Source: Antedon mediterranea (Eukaryota; Animalia; Echinodermata). From it: a stretch of DNA of 64,000 nt. Positions 37,382-51,170 of the stretch are shown here, piece by piece. Numbering within the stretch: position 1 is the first letter of the stretch; the number at the start of each line of letters is the position of its first letter. The notes under the pieces are model-generated. The model was not told the DNA's origin and searched no databases. It worked only from the letters and a program-made list of their open reading frames with translations. Location of the stretch: assembly GCF_964355755.1 (NCBI RefSeq), contig NC_092672.1, positions 24,069,237-24,133,236 on the forward strand, given 5' to 3'. The position numbers and the translations under genes were made by a program.

Positions 37382-38972
37382 GTAAGTCATACAAACCTAT
37401 TTATTTAGGTGCATATTGTGATTTTAAAGATATACCACTTTTGTTAAAGATGTTTAATTTTTTTAATAACAAACAATAATATATTTTAATATTATAGTTT
37501 CATTGAATTAATGTTTACATTTTTCATAGAATCTACAAACTCAAATTGAAGATCTTTAAAATAAATGATTCTGTCTGATGTCTTATTGTTGTACAGTATT
37601 ATAGAAAGAATCAGTTCCTCTTAGACCTTATCTTTTTTCATTATACTTATATTTTAACGATTTACATTACTGTATATGTCGCTATTTTTTTATTCTTAGA
37701 AATTTTTTTTGGCGCATGATCATAATTGTGGCACTTTTTCTATAAACAATTTCATAGAGTTACGATAAATAATATTAGTAAGGAGATTAATTGAATCAAT
37801 TTTAAATAAAAACCTGTTTAATTTAAATTGATTCCCCTTTTATTTGTTATAATAATAATGACAAGAACATTTTTCACCAAATGAAAGATGGGTTTGTGTC
37901 GATAGAGTTCAGGAATGTTCCCAAGGGTTCTGTAAAAAAAAAAAAAAAAAAAAAAAAAAAGAGAGAGAATAGTCCCACCATGTCAGATTTACATTTTGCT
38001 TTCACCAATACCGACGCACTAATGTATTTGTTTGAGCTGTGGCTCGCAAAGCATGTCTTTTCATTACAACATTCGTAGTTCAGGCAGACCTATTGAGCAC
38101 AGCTCTGGGTCTATTAACTAACAGATACAAACCTATGCATTTATTTCGATATACTTTTCTGGGCGGAACCCTCTCTGCGAGTCGGGTTTTTGGCGTGTGT
38201 GCCCATAATAATTATATCTCAATTTGATTATGTATATTAATTCTACGATATGTTAGTTACGATTCTGTATAGACCTATAACTTTTATATTATATTATCGG
38301 TTATTTTACAAGTATATTAATGGTGCGTTTATCTATATAACAATGGGGAATGCTAATTGTTAATACTATATATTCAAGAGGGGCAGCCTTCACGTAATGT
38401 AAGGTATTAGATGTAATATCAATACCATAATCTACATAATGTAATGGTGGCTGCCCCCTTTGTTATTATTACAGTAGTTTTACATTATATATTTAGTTAT
38501 TTCTTCATTTAATAATAAATGACATTTTCCATCCATTTCGGTGTTTTGTTTCCTTTGTTTTGTTCTGGACTCTGTTGACACAAAAGAACATTTTTCACCA
38601 AATGAAAGATGGGTTTGTGTCGATAGAGTTCAGGAATGTTCCCAAGGGTTCTGTTATTGCTTTTAATTGAGAAGGTCGTGTACTTTTGACCCAAGGGCGT
38701 TCAGGGGGAATATTTTGTATAGTGTTTAATGGCTTTTACCTTAGAGAAGGTCATGTCTTTGACCCATTGGTGTTCAGGGGATATTTTGTATAAGTGTTTT
38801 AGTAATGTACATTCTTTTCCTTTTGCCTTCCTTCGGACCAACACGTCAATAAATTGTTGTTCCCTCCATCCACCGCTTCTTTCCACCGTTTTATGATAGA
38901 ATTAATTAGGTGATCATTTAGAATAAAATGATCACCTATTGTTATTGTACAAAATCTTTATTATTATTGTTA

Positions 38973-40601
38973 TTGGTTATCCGCCTCAAGCGGATAACCT
39001 TTGTTATTGTAGTGTTACTTTTTTTTTTTTTTTTTTTTTTTATTATTCTTCTTTCTTTCTCGGATTTTGTGCACGCATTTTCTCTTTAACGTGTTAACAT
39101 AACATGTTGTAACTTCGTCAACATATAGACATTTAACTGAAGATGTACTGCCAAGCTTTTTGACAATGTCAGATCCGCGTAGCGTAAGTTACGCGCGATT
39201 TTCTGAAAATCTTAAATCGGTCATAATTTCAAAACCGATAAATATTTTTTAACGAAATTTTCAGCCACGTTTTCTTCACATCAATGGCTAACTTTTGGAA
39301 TGTTTAACAAATTTTTGGATATTAGAACGTTTTCGCGTAAATTGGGTTTGAAATATTTTACTCTTCTTATTTTGTGCACGCTGTTTCTCTTCAACGTGTA
39401 AACATAATATGTTGTAACTTGTTCAGCATTTAGACATTTTACTGAAGTTGTCCAGCCAAGCTTTTTGACGATGTCAGAGCCGCGTAGCGTAAGTTACGCG
39501 TGATTTTCTGAAAATCTTAAATTGGTTATAACTTCGAAACAAATGAATATTTTTTAACGTCATTTTCAGCCACGTTTGCTTCACATCAATAGTTAACTTT
39601 TTTAACGCTACCGCAATTTGTAACATTAGAAAGTGCGCGCGTAAATGGCGTTTGAAATTTTAAAATGCTTCAAATCAATTTCTGATTAAATTAGAGCACG
39701 ATTCAGGTCATTTTAAGCGTTTAAAAAATTGCCACTGGTGCGCACATTTTTACGCGCGCACGGCGCAGGGAACACGTATAAACATTTCTTTTACACGATT
39801 TGTGTTTTTAAATCTTCGGTTAACAATTTTACGTTATTTTATTCACTTTTAAACTTGAAATGGCGTTCTACGAGCACGTTAAACATGACAGGTTGCGCAC
39901 GAAAACGTCAACAAATTGTGAAAATGTTGCAAAATATGTCTACTTTTAAAAATGAAACAGTTCATCAGAATGCAAGGTTACCCCCATTTTTTATTTTATT
40001 TTCTTGCAGTGTATTAATCATAGGTCTAATTTATTATAATCTTGAATGTTAAAAAGTGTTTGATAGCTACATTATTTGCATATTAAATGTAATTTTTGAA
40101 ATAATTAACAACAAACAAACATAAACATATTCAAAGAGTAAAACAATAAACATAATGTTTATCTTTTTTCTTTTCATGTTAATATATAAAACTTGAAAGT
40201 ATGCACTTTCATAATATGTCAGTGTTTAAAATTTGTGAAGATTTCATCATAGTAAAAATTATGATTTAAGTTCGATATGTAATAATCAACTTGCATCGAG
40301 GGGGTTCACGACATACCGAATGAACGAGGACTCTTTCTTCGGATTTTCTTCAGCAGGTGCTCATATGGCTCGATGTGTAGTGCAACCGACTTTGGTATCA
40401 GAGGTACCGGGTTCGAATCCCATCACGGGAAAACAATTAAATAAAAGGATTTGTTTGGTTATTACACTGAAATGGCAGTTTTAATTTTGAATAGGCTACT
40501 TCTTGGAAAAGTCACAACTGAAAAGAACTTGAATGCGCAAGATATGTTTTGTTGCGGGCGGATAACCAAACTCGTCCTCAAGTGACGAGTTTAAGATCTA
40601 G
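38973..40601 (+). mobile_element. Family-B Helentron-like element, copy 1 (with a ~305-bp internal duplication)
   Basis: Head GGTTATCCGC-CTCAA-GCGGATAACC; tail GCGGATAACC-AAACTCGTC-CTCAAGT-GACGAGTTT-AAGATCTAG. Confidence 0.85.
40357..40430 (+). other. tRNA/SINE-like segment inside family-B elements (second copy at ~47762-47835)
   Basis: A-box-like TGGCTCGATGTG and B-box GGGTTCGAATCCC at tRNA-like spacing. The cloverleaf is imperfect. Confidence 0.55.
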
Positions 40602-43600
40602 TTATTATTAGGTGATCATTTAGAATAAAATGATCACCTATTGTTATTGTACAAAATCTTTATTATTATTGTTATTATTATTATTATTATTCTTCTTTCT
40701 GTACACTTTTTGTTTAGCAATTATCTCAAAAAGTTGAATAACAATGATCACAAAAATTTCACAATGTCTTTCAAGTACTTTAACTTAGCCATATTAAGCT
40801 TTTCATCGTGATCACTCAACCGTGACGTCACGTATACGCGATTTTGTGAAATCACATTATCAATCATATGTCCATAATTGATTATCACATATTTATGAAA
40901 TTCTCTACACGTAAATTTCAGGTCAAGGTAAAAAATATTAGCAAATAAAAACTCGCGCGTCTCAAGGTCATGCACGTGAAATCGCGCATAAAGATTTTAA
41001 AAAGCTCAAAATTAAGTTTTGATCAATTTAGAGTATGAATTAGGTCAATTGCGTGTTTCAAAAAATTACTGCGCAAAAATACGTTTTTGCGTACGCAATC
41101 CTTAAAAAGCGTAAAAAATAAAATTTGATTGATACATCACATTCTACACACAATCCTTAGTACATTCTCCGATTTTGAGTCCAGTCCGACTTAAAATAAC
41201 GGTATACGAGCACGTTAAACATGACAAAATGCGCACATTAATTGTACAAAAGTGCTAAAAATGGTAAAAAGTAGGGCCCTTTTAAAATGAATATAACTCT
41301 TCAGAATGGAAGATGACCCCCAATTTTTTTAACTTAATATGGAAGCCAATGAGTTGTAGATATAAATGTATATACACATTAGACGTACAAAATGGTATGA
41401 CGTCATCAAATGGCCACTTGAAATTAAAAATTAGTAATTTTTATCTTTTTGTGTGGGTTATCACATTCAATAGAGCGCATCTCCGGTATTTGAACCCAAT
41501 TTTAGCTCAACTTTTAGTATGTGCTTGCTCAATTAATTATCTTTCTCATGAGTTGTCAACATTTTCATTTTGATGACGTCATTATGCGTAAAAACTTGAA
41601 TAACCTAGGTCGTGTATTTTCAGCTACACCATACATTTGAATATCTTACAGCTCTTCAGAATTAAAGGTGACCTTGAAGATTATAACTTATTATGAAAGC
41701 TGATGAAATGTAGATATGAATTCATAAAAAAATTAAGCCTATTGGATGTTGTGACGTTATCTTATGGCCAGTTGAAGTTAAAAAGTAGTTTTTAAATTTC
41801 TTTAGTTGAAGTTATACAAATTTCAAAGAGCGCGCATTGCGCTTCTACGTGTCAAAATCTCTTCCAATCCTTATATTTATTTGCTCAATTCATTATCTTT
41901 CGAAATTGTCATCTTCGAGTTTATTTTGATAATTCCATCATACCAAAAATTTAGAACACGATGTGGGTCCCGTAATTTCACCTATGCTACACTGTATATA
42001 GATATACAGTGTATACTGTACATATTGTATATGAAACATAATAGGTACAACTCAGCACTATAAGTGTATATGCATCATGTCATAGGATGGCGTACATCAA
42101 CTTTTTACGATCGTATGTTAACGTACGTGCATGTTTAAAAAATGTTAATTTCATTAAAATAATAAAAATGATCACCTATAATTCGTCAAAGTGACGAATT
42201 AAATTAATTAGGTGATCATTTAGAATAAAATGATCACCTAATGTTATTGTACAAAATCTTTATTATTATTATTATTAGGTGATCATTTAGAATAAAATGA
42301 TCACCTATTGTTATTGTATGAAATCTTTATTATTATTATTTTTTTTTTTTTTATTCTTTCTGTACACTTTTTGTGTAACAATTATCTCAAAAAGTTGAAT
42401 GGCAATGATCACAAAAAATTCACAGTGTCTTTCAAATACTTTAACTTAGCCATAATAAGCTTTTCAGCGTGATCACTCAACCGTGACGTCACGTATACGC
42501 GATTTTGTGAAATCACACTATCAATCATATCTCCATAACTCTTTATCACATATCAATAAAATTCACTATACGTAAACTTCAGGTGAAGGGTAAAAATATT
42601 AACAAATAAAAACTTACGTGTTTCAAGGTCATGCACGTGAAATCGCGCATTAAAATTTTAAAAAGCTCAAAATTAAGTTTTGATCAATTTAGAGCATAAA
42701 ATAGGCCATTTGCGTGTTTTAAAAAATTACTGCGCAAAAACACGTTTTTGCACGTGCGTACTTAGAAAGCGTAAAAAATACATTTTTTTTTGTACAAATT
42801 GCATTCTACTCATCTTCCTTGGTAGATTCACCAAATGTGAGTCCATTTCGATTTAAAATAGTGCTATACGAGCACGTTAAAAATGACAAAATGCGCACAT
42901 TAATTGTACAAAAGTGCTAAAAATGGTAAAAATTAAGGCCTTTTTAAAAAGAATATAACTCTTCAGAATGGCAGGTGACCCCCATTTTTTTTAACTTATT
43001 ATGGAAGCCAATAAGTTGTAGATATAAATATATATACATATTAGACGTAAAAAATGGTATGACGTCATCAAATGGCCACTTGAATTTAAAAATTAGTAAT
43101 TTTTATGTTTTTGTGTGGGTTATCACATTCAACAGAGCCCATCTCCGTTATTTGAGCTCGATTTGCGCACAAATTTTAGGATGTGCTTGCTCAATTAATT
43201 ATCTTTCTCAGGAGTTGTCAACATTTTTGTTTTGATGACGGCATCATGCGTAAAAACTTGAATAACCTAGGTCGTGTATTTTCAGCTACACCATACATTT
43301 GAATATCTTACAGCTCTTCAGAATTAAAGGTGACCTTGAAGATTATAATTTATTATAAAAGCTGATGAAACGTAGATATGAATTCATATAAAAATTAGGC
43401 CTATCGGATGTTGTGACATTATGAAATGGTCAGTTTAATTTAAAAGGTAGTTTTTTTCTCTCTTTCGTCAAATTTATACAAATTTCAAAGAGCGCGCATT
43501 GCGCTTCTACGTTTCAAATTCTCTTCCAATCCTTATATTTATTTGCTCAATTCATTATCTTTCGAAATTGCCATCTTCGAGTTTATTATGATAATTCCAT

Positions 43601-46600
43601 CATACCAAAAAATTAGAACATGATGTGGGTCCCGTAATTTCACCTATGCTACACTGTATATAGATATACAGTAAATACTGTACATATTGTATATGGCATA
43701 TAATAGGCACAACTCAGCACTATAAGCGTATGCATCATGTCATAGGATGGCGTACATCAACTTTTTACGATCGTATGTTAACGTACGTGCATGTTTAAAA
43801 AAATTTAATTTCATTAAAATGATAAAAATGATCACCTATAATTCGTCAAAGTGACGAATTAAATTCTAGTTGTTATTATTCTTCTTTCTGTACACTTTTT
43901 GTTTAGCAAATATCTCAAATAGTTGAATAACAATGATCACACAAATTTCACAAAGTCTTTCAAATACTTTAACTTAGCCATAATAACCTTTTCAGCGTGA
44001 TCACTCACCTGTGACGTCACGTATACGCCATTTTGTGAAATCACATTATCAATCATATCTCCATAATTAATTATCACATAATAATGAAATTCAATACACG
44101 TAAACTTCAGGTCAAGGGTAAAAATATTAGCAAATAAAAAATGCACGTGCACGTAGGGTCATGCGCGTGAAATCGCGCGTTAAAAATTTAAAAAGCTCAA
44201 AATTAAGTTTTGATCAATTTAGAGCATGAATTAGGTCATTTGCGTGTTTCAAAAAATTACTGCGCAAAAAAATATTTTACGCGCGCGATACTTACAAAGC
44301 GTAAAAAATGCAATTTTTTTATACAAATCGCATTCTACTCACCATCCTTAGTACATTCACCAAATTTGAGTCAGTTCCGACTTAAAATAACGCTATACGA
44401 GCAGGTTAAAAATGACAAAATGCGCAAATTAATTGCATCAAAGTGATGAAAATGGTGAAAAATAGGGCCCTTTTAAAATGAATATAACTCTTCAGAATGG
44501 AAGATGACCCCCAATTTTTTTAACCTAATATGGAAGACAATGAGTTGTAGATACATATTCATGTACACATTAGACGTACAAAATGGTATGACGTCAACAA
44601 ATGGCCACTTCAATTTAAAAATTTGTAATTTTTATATTTTTGTGTGCGTTATCACATTCAATAGAGCACATCTCCGTTATTTAAGCCCGTTTTTTGCAGA
44701 TATTTTAGTATATGCTTGCTCAATTAATTATCTTTCTCATGAGTTGTCAACATTTTTATTTTGATGACGTCATCACGCGTAAAAACTTGAATAGCCAAGG
44801 TCGTGTAATTTCAGCTACACCATACATTTGAATATCTTATAGCTCTTCTGAATTAAAGTTGACCTTGATGTTTGTAACTTATTATGAGAGCTGATAAAAT
44901 GTAGATATGAATTTATTTAAAAATTATGCCTATCGGATGTTATAACGTTATCATATGGCCAGTTGAAGTTAAAAAGTAGTTTTTTCATTTTTTTCGTCAA
45001 AGTTAAACAAATTTGAAAGAGCGCGCACCGCGCTTCTACGTGTCAATTTTTCTTCCAATTGTTATATTTTATTGCTCAATTCATTATCTTTCGATATTGT
45101 TATCCACAATTTTATTTTGACAACGTCATCATACCAAAAATTAGAATATGATGTGGGTCCCGTAATTTCACCTATGCTACACTGTATATAGATATACAGT
45201 ATATACTGTACATAATGTATATGGCATATAATAGGCACAACTCAGCGATATAAGCGTATGCATCATGTCATAGGATGGCGTACATCAACTTTTTACGATC
45301 GTATGTTAACGTACATGAATGTTTAAAAAATGTTAATTTCATTAAAATGATAACAATGATCACCTATAATTCGTCAAAGTGACGAATTAAATTCTAGTTC
45401 TAGTTATTATTATTCTTCTTTCTGTACACTTTTTGTTCGTCAAATATCTCAAAAAGTTGAATAACAATGATCATAAACATTTCACAATGTCTTACAAATA
45501 CTTTAACTTAGCCATAATAAGCTTTTCAGCGTGATCACTCATCCGTGACGTCACGTATACGCGATTTTGTGAAATCACACTATCAATCATATCTCCCTAA
45601 CTCTTTATCACATATCAATAAAATTTACTATACGTAAACTTCAGGTCAAGGTAAAAAATATTAGCAAATAAAAACTGGCGCGTCTCAAGGTCATGCACGT
45701 GCATTTGCGCGTAAAGGTTTTAAAAAGGTCAAAATTAAGTTTTGATCAATTTAGAGCATGAATTAGGCCATTTGCGTGTTTCAAAAAATTACTGCGCAAA
45801 AACACGTTTTTGCGCACGCAATTCGTAAAAAGCGTAAAAAATAAAATTTGATGTAAACATCACATTCTACTCACAATCCTTAGTACATTCTCCGATTTTG
45901 AGTCAATTCCGACTTAAAATAACGCTGTACGAGCACGTTCAACATGACAAAATGCGCACATTAATTGCACAAAAGTGCAAAAAATTGTAAAAATTAAGGC
46001 CTTTTTAAAATGAATATAACTCTTCAGAATGGCAGGTGACCCCCAATTTGTTTAACTTAATATGGAAGCCAATAAGTTGTAGATATAAATGTATATAAAC
46101 ATTAGACGTACAAAATTGTATTACGTCATCAAATGGCCACTTGCATTTAAAAATTAGGATTTTTTTCCGTTTTGTGTAGGTTATCACATTCAATAGAGCG
46201 CATCTCTGCTATTTGAGCCCGATTTTCGCACAAATTTCAGTGTGTGCTTACTTAATTATTTATCTTTCTCATAAGTTGTCAGTGTTTTCATTTTGATGAA
46301 GTCATCACGCGTAAAAACTTGAATAACGTAGGTCGTATAATTTCACCTTCGCCGTAAATTTGAATATCTTACAGCTCTTCAGAATTGAAGGTTACCTTGA
46401 TGATTATAATTTATTATGAAAGCTGATGAAATGTAGATATAAATTCATATAAAAACCAAGCCTATCGGATGTTGTGACGTTAACATATGGCCAGATGAAG
46501 TTAAAAAGTAGTTTTTTCATCTTTTTCGTCAAAGTTATACAAATTTCAAAGAGCGCGCACAGTGCTTCTACGTGCCAGATTCTCTTCCAATTCTTATATT

Positions 46601-46694
46601 TATTTGCTCAATTCATTATCTTTCGAAATTGTCATCTTTGAGTTTATTTTGATAATTCCATCATACCAAAAAAGTAGAATATGAATCTTTATTA

Positions 46695-48008
46695 TTGGTT
46701 ATCCGCCTCAAGCGGATAAGCCCTTGGAATTGTAGTGTTACTTTTTTTTTATTATTCTTCTCTATTTCCGCCGATTTTTGTGTTCAGCTTTTCTCTGCAA
46801 CCTGTTAACATAACATGTTGTAACTTGGTAAACATTTAGACATTTAGCTGAAGATGTGCAGCCAAGCTTTTGGACGCTGGCAGAGCCGCGTAGCGTAAGT
46901 TACGCGCGATTTTCAGAAAATCCTAAGTTGATCATAACTTCGAAACAGATGAATATTTTTTTACGTAATTTTCAGCCATGTTTGCTTCACATCAATTGCT
47001 AACTTTTTTATCGCTACCGAAATGTGTAACATTGGAAAGTGCGCGAGTAAACGGCGTTTGAAATTTTAAAATGCTCTAAATCAATTTCTGATTAAATTAG
47101 AGCACGATTCAGGTCATTTTAAGCGTTTGAAAAATTGCCACCAGGTGCGCACATTTTTACGCGCGCACGGCGCAGGAAACACGTATGAGCATTTCTTTTG
47201 CACGATTTGTGTTTTTCAATCTTCGGTTAACAATTTTACGTTATTTTATTCACTTTTCAACTTCAAATGGCGTTCTACGAGCACGTTAAACATGACTGGT
47301 TGCGCACGTAAAATGTTAAAAAATTGTGAAAATGTTGCAAAATATGTATACTTTTAAAAGTGACACAGTTCATCAGAATGCAAGGTTACCCCCATTTTTT
47401 ATTTTATTTTCTTGCAGTGTATGAATCATAGGTCTGATTTATTATAGTTTTGAATGTTAAAACGTGTTTAATGGCTACATTATTTGCATATTAAATATAA
47501 TTTTTGAAATTTTTATCATCAAACAAACATAAACGTTTTCAAAGAGCAAAACAATAAACATAACGTTTATCTTTTTTCTTCACATGTTAATATATAAAAC
47601 TTAAAAGTATGCACTTTCATAATATGTCACTGTTTAAAATTTTTGAAGATTTCATCATAGTAAAAATTATGATTTAGTTTGCTAAGTAATAATCTATTTG
47701 CATCGAGTGGTTCACGACATACCGAATGAACGAGTAAACTTTCTTCGGATTTCCTTCGGAAGGTGCTCATATGGCTCGATGTGTCGTGCAACCGACTTTG
47801 GTATCAGAGGTATCGGGTTCAAATCCCGTCACGGGAAAACATTTAATTAAATGGATTTATTTGGTTATTACACTGAAAGGGCAGTTGTAATTTTAAATAG
47901 GCTACGTTTTTGGAAAAGTCATAACTGAGAAGTACTTTAATACGCAGGATACGTTTTATTGCGGGCGGATAACCAAACTCGTCCTCAAGTGACGAGTTTA
48001 AGTTCTAG
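46695..48008 (+). mobile_element. Family-B Helentron-like element, copy 2
   Basis: Same head and tail hairpins as 38973-40601; it has a single copy of the internal 305-bp module. Confidence 0.85.
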
Positions 48009-49605
48009 TTATTATTCTTCTTTCTGTACACTTTTTGTTCGTCAAATATCTCAAAAAGTTGAATAACAATGATCATAAATATTTCACAATGTCTTACAAA
48101 TACTTTAACTTAGCCATAATAAGCTTTTCAGCGTGATCACTCATCCGTGACGTCACGTATACGCGATTTTGTGAAATCACACTATCAATCATATCTCCCT
48201 AACTCTTTATCACATATCAATAAAATTTACTATACGTAAACTTCAGGTCAAGGTAAAAAATATTAGCAAATAAAAACTGGCGCGTCTCAAGGTCATGCAC
48301 GTGCATTTGCGCGTAAAGGTTTTAAAAAGGTCAAAATTAAGTTTTGATCAATTTAGAGCATGAATTAGGCCATTTGCGTGTTTCAAAAAATTACTGCGCA
48401 AAAACACGTTTTTGCGCACGCAATTCGTAAAAAGCGTAAAAAATAAAATTTGATGTAAACATCACATTCTACTCACAATCCTTAGTACATTCTCCGATTT
48501 TGAGTCAATTCCGACTTAAAATAACGCTGTACGAGCACGTTCAACATGACAAAATGCGCACATTAATTGCACAAAAGTGCAAAAAATTGTAAAAATTAAG
48601 GCCTTTTTAAAATGAATATAACTCTTCAGAATGGCAGGTGACCCCCAATTTGTTTAACTTAATATGGAAGCCAATAAGTTGTAGATATAAATGTATATAA
48701 ACATTAGACGTACAAAATGGTATTACGTCATCAAATGGCCACTTGAATTTAAAAATTAGGATTTTTTTCCGTTTTGTGTAGGTTATCACATTCAATAGAG
48801 CGCATCTCTGCTATTTGAGCCCGATTTTCGCACAAATTTCAGTGTGTGCTTACTTAATTATTTATCTTTCTCATAAGTTGTCAGTGTTTTCATTTTGATG
48901 AAGTCATCACGCGTAAAAACTTGAATAACGTAGGTCGTATAATTTCACCTTCGCCGTAAATTTGAATATCTTACAGCTCTTCAGAATTGAAGGTTACCTT
49001 GATGATTATAATTTATTATGAAAGCTGATGAAATGTAGATATAAATTCATATAAAAACCAAGCCTATCGGATGTTGTGACGTTAACATATGGCCAGATGA
49101 AGTTAAAAAGTAGTTTTTTCATCTTTTTCGTCAAAGTTATACAAATTTCAAAGAGCGCGCACAGTGCTTCTACGTGCCAGATTCTCTTCCAATTCTTATA
49201 TTTATTTGCTCAATTCATTATCTTTCGAAATTGTCATCTTTGAGTTTATTTTGATAATTCCATCATACCAAAAAAGTAGAATATGATGTGTGTCCCGTAA
49301 TTTCACCTATGCTACACTGTATATAGATATACAGTATATACTGTACATATTGTATATGGCATATAATAGGCACAACTCAGTGATATAAGTGTATGCATCA
49401 TGTCATAGGATGGCGTACATCAACTTTTTACGATCGTATGTTAACGTACATGCATGTTTAAAAAATGTTAATTTCATTAAATTGATAACAATGATCACCT
49501 ATAATTCGTCAAAGTGACGAATTAAATTCTAGTTAGGTGATCATTTAGAATAAAATGATCACCTATTGTTATTGTATGAAATCTTTATTCTTCTTCTTAT
49601 TCTTA

Positions 49606-51170
49606 TTGGTTATCCGCAACGAAGTTGCAGGATAACCTCTTGTGATTGTACGAAATCATTCTGTATGATTTTTGTGTAACGCTTTTCTCTAAAACTCGCA
49701 AACATAACATTTCGGTAACTATCTTAACATATTGACATTTACGTAACGTCGTCAAGCGAAGCTTTTCATGACGTTTACAATTGCGCAACGTGACTTACGC
49801 GCGATTTAACGATTTTGTCGTATTTAACATAGCTCGACAACCAAATAACATTTCAACTTGAAACTTTGCAAAAGTTTAATTTATATCATGCGCTAACTTT
49901 CTGTTGAAAAAAAATTGCGTGTTTTACACAAAGTTAGGCGCGCACGCGCATTTAAAATTTCAAAATGCGCAAAATTAATTTATAATCAACTTTCTACGCG
50001 TTTCATGTTGTTTTAAGCATGTCAAAAATTCCCACGCGTGCGCACATTTTTACGTGTGCGGTGCGCACGTAGTATTGAAAACGTACTTTTTTCGCGTGAT
50101 TTATATTTTTCCAGCCTTTTCTAGTAATTTTACCAAATTTTAAACAATTTCGACTTAAAGATACGTCATACGAGCACGTCGAATTGGACAATTTGCGCGC
50201 GTTTTTTATGAAAAGGTTAAAAAATTCGTTTAAAATATGCCTTTTTTTAAACAGTCGTAATTTCTAAACTAGACGGTCAACTTTTTGTGGATGGCATATT
50301 CTGGAAGTAGATGAGTTGTAGATATCGGATCAGGTATTAATATGGCTAACCGGACATTGTGACGTCATTGTATGGCCACGCGAATATAAAATTTAGGATT
50401 TTTGTATCTTTCGTCATAGCTCATCACATTGAATAGAGCGCATCTCCACTTATCCGTTTTCCATTTTCACCCCGATTTTGATTTTGTCTAGGTCAATCAA
50501 GTATCTTTCGCATGAGTTAAAAATATTTTAATTTTTTTGACGTCATCATGCCTAAAAATTTAAATCACGTGTGGCATTAATTTCATCTTTACAGTAAATT
50601 TTAATCTGTTATAGCTCGTAAGAATAAAATGTGATAATCACGATTAAAATTTTTTTCTGGAAGCTATTGGATTGTAGATACGAAATTATGTAAAAATGTT
50701 GCCAATCGGATGTTGTGACGTCATCATATGGCCAGTTAAATAAAAAAGGTCGTATTTTCATCTTTTGCGTCATAATTCATTACATTTAAAAGAGCGCGCA
50801 TCAATATTTCACGTATTCAAATTTCTTCTACACGCTAATACGTTGTTGCTGAGATAATTTCCTTTCGGAATTGCTACCTTCGCGTTTCATTTTAAAACCG
50901 TCAACATGTTAAAAATTGCAATAAATAGCGGGTCCCGTAATTTCACCTATTCTACACTGTATGTGATATGGATACAGATTATACTGTGTATACTATATAT
51001 GAATTTAAATAATAAAATTCAGCAATAACAACATATCATATTCTTCAGTTCAGGTCATAATGCCAACGTGAACACTTCCTTTTGTCCTCAACCTATCCCC
51101 TTAATGTTAATGTTGCACCACTTGCGCGGCGGATAACCAAACTCGTCAAAGTGACGAGTTACATGTCTAG
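49606..51170 (+). mobile_element. Family-C Helentron-like element, copy 1
   Basis: Head GGTTATCCGCAAC-GAA-GTTGCAGGATAACC; tail GCGGATAACC-AAACTCGTCA-AAG-TGACGAGTT-ACATGTCTAG. Confidence 0.85.
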
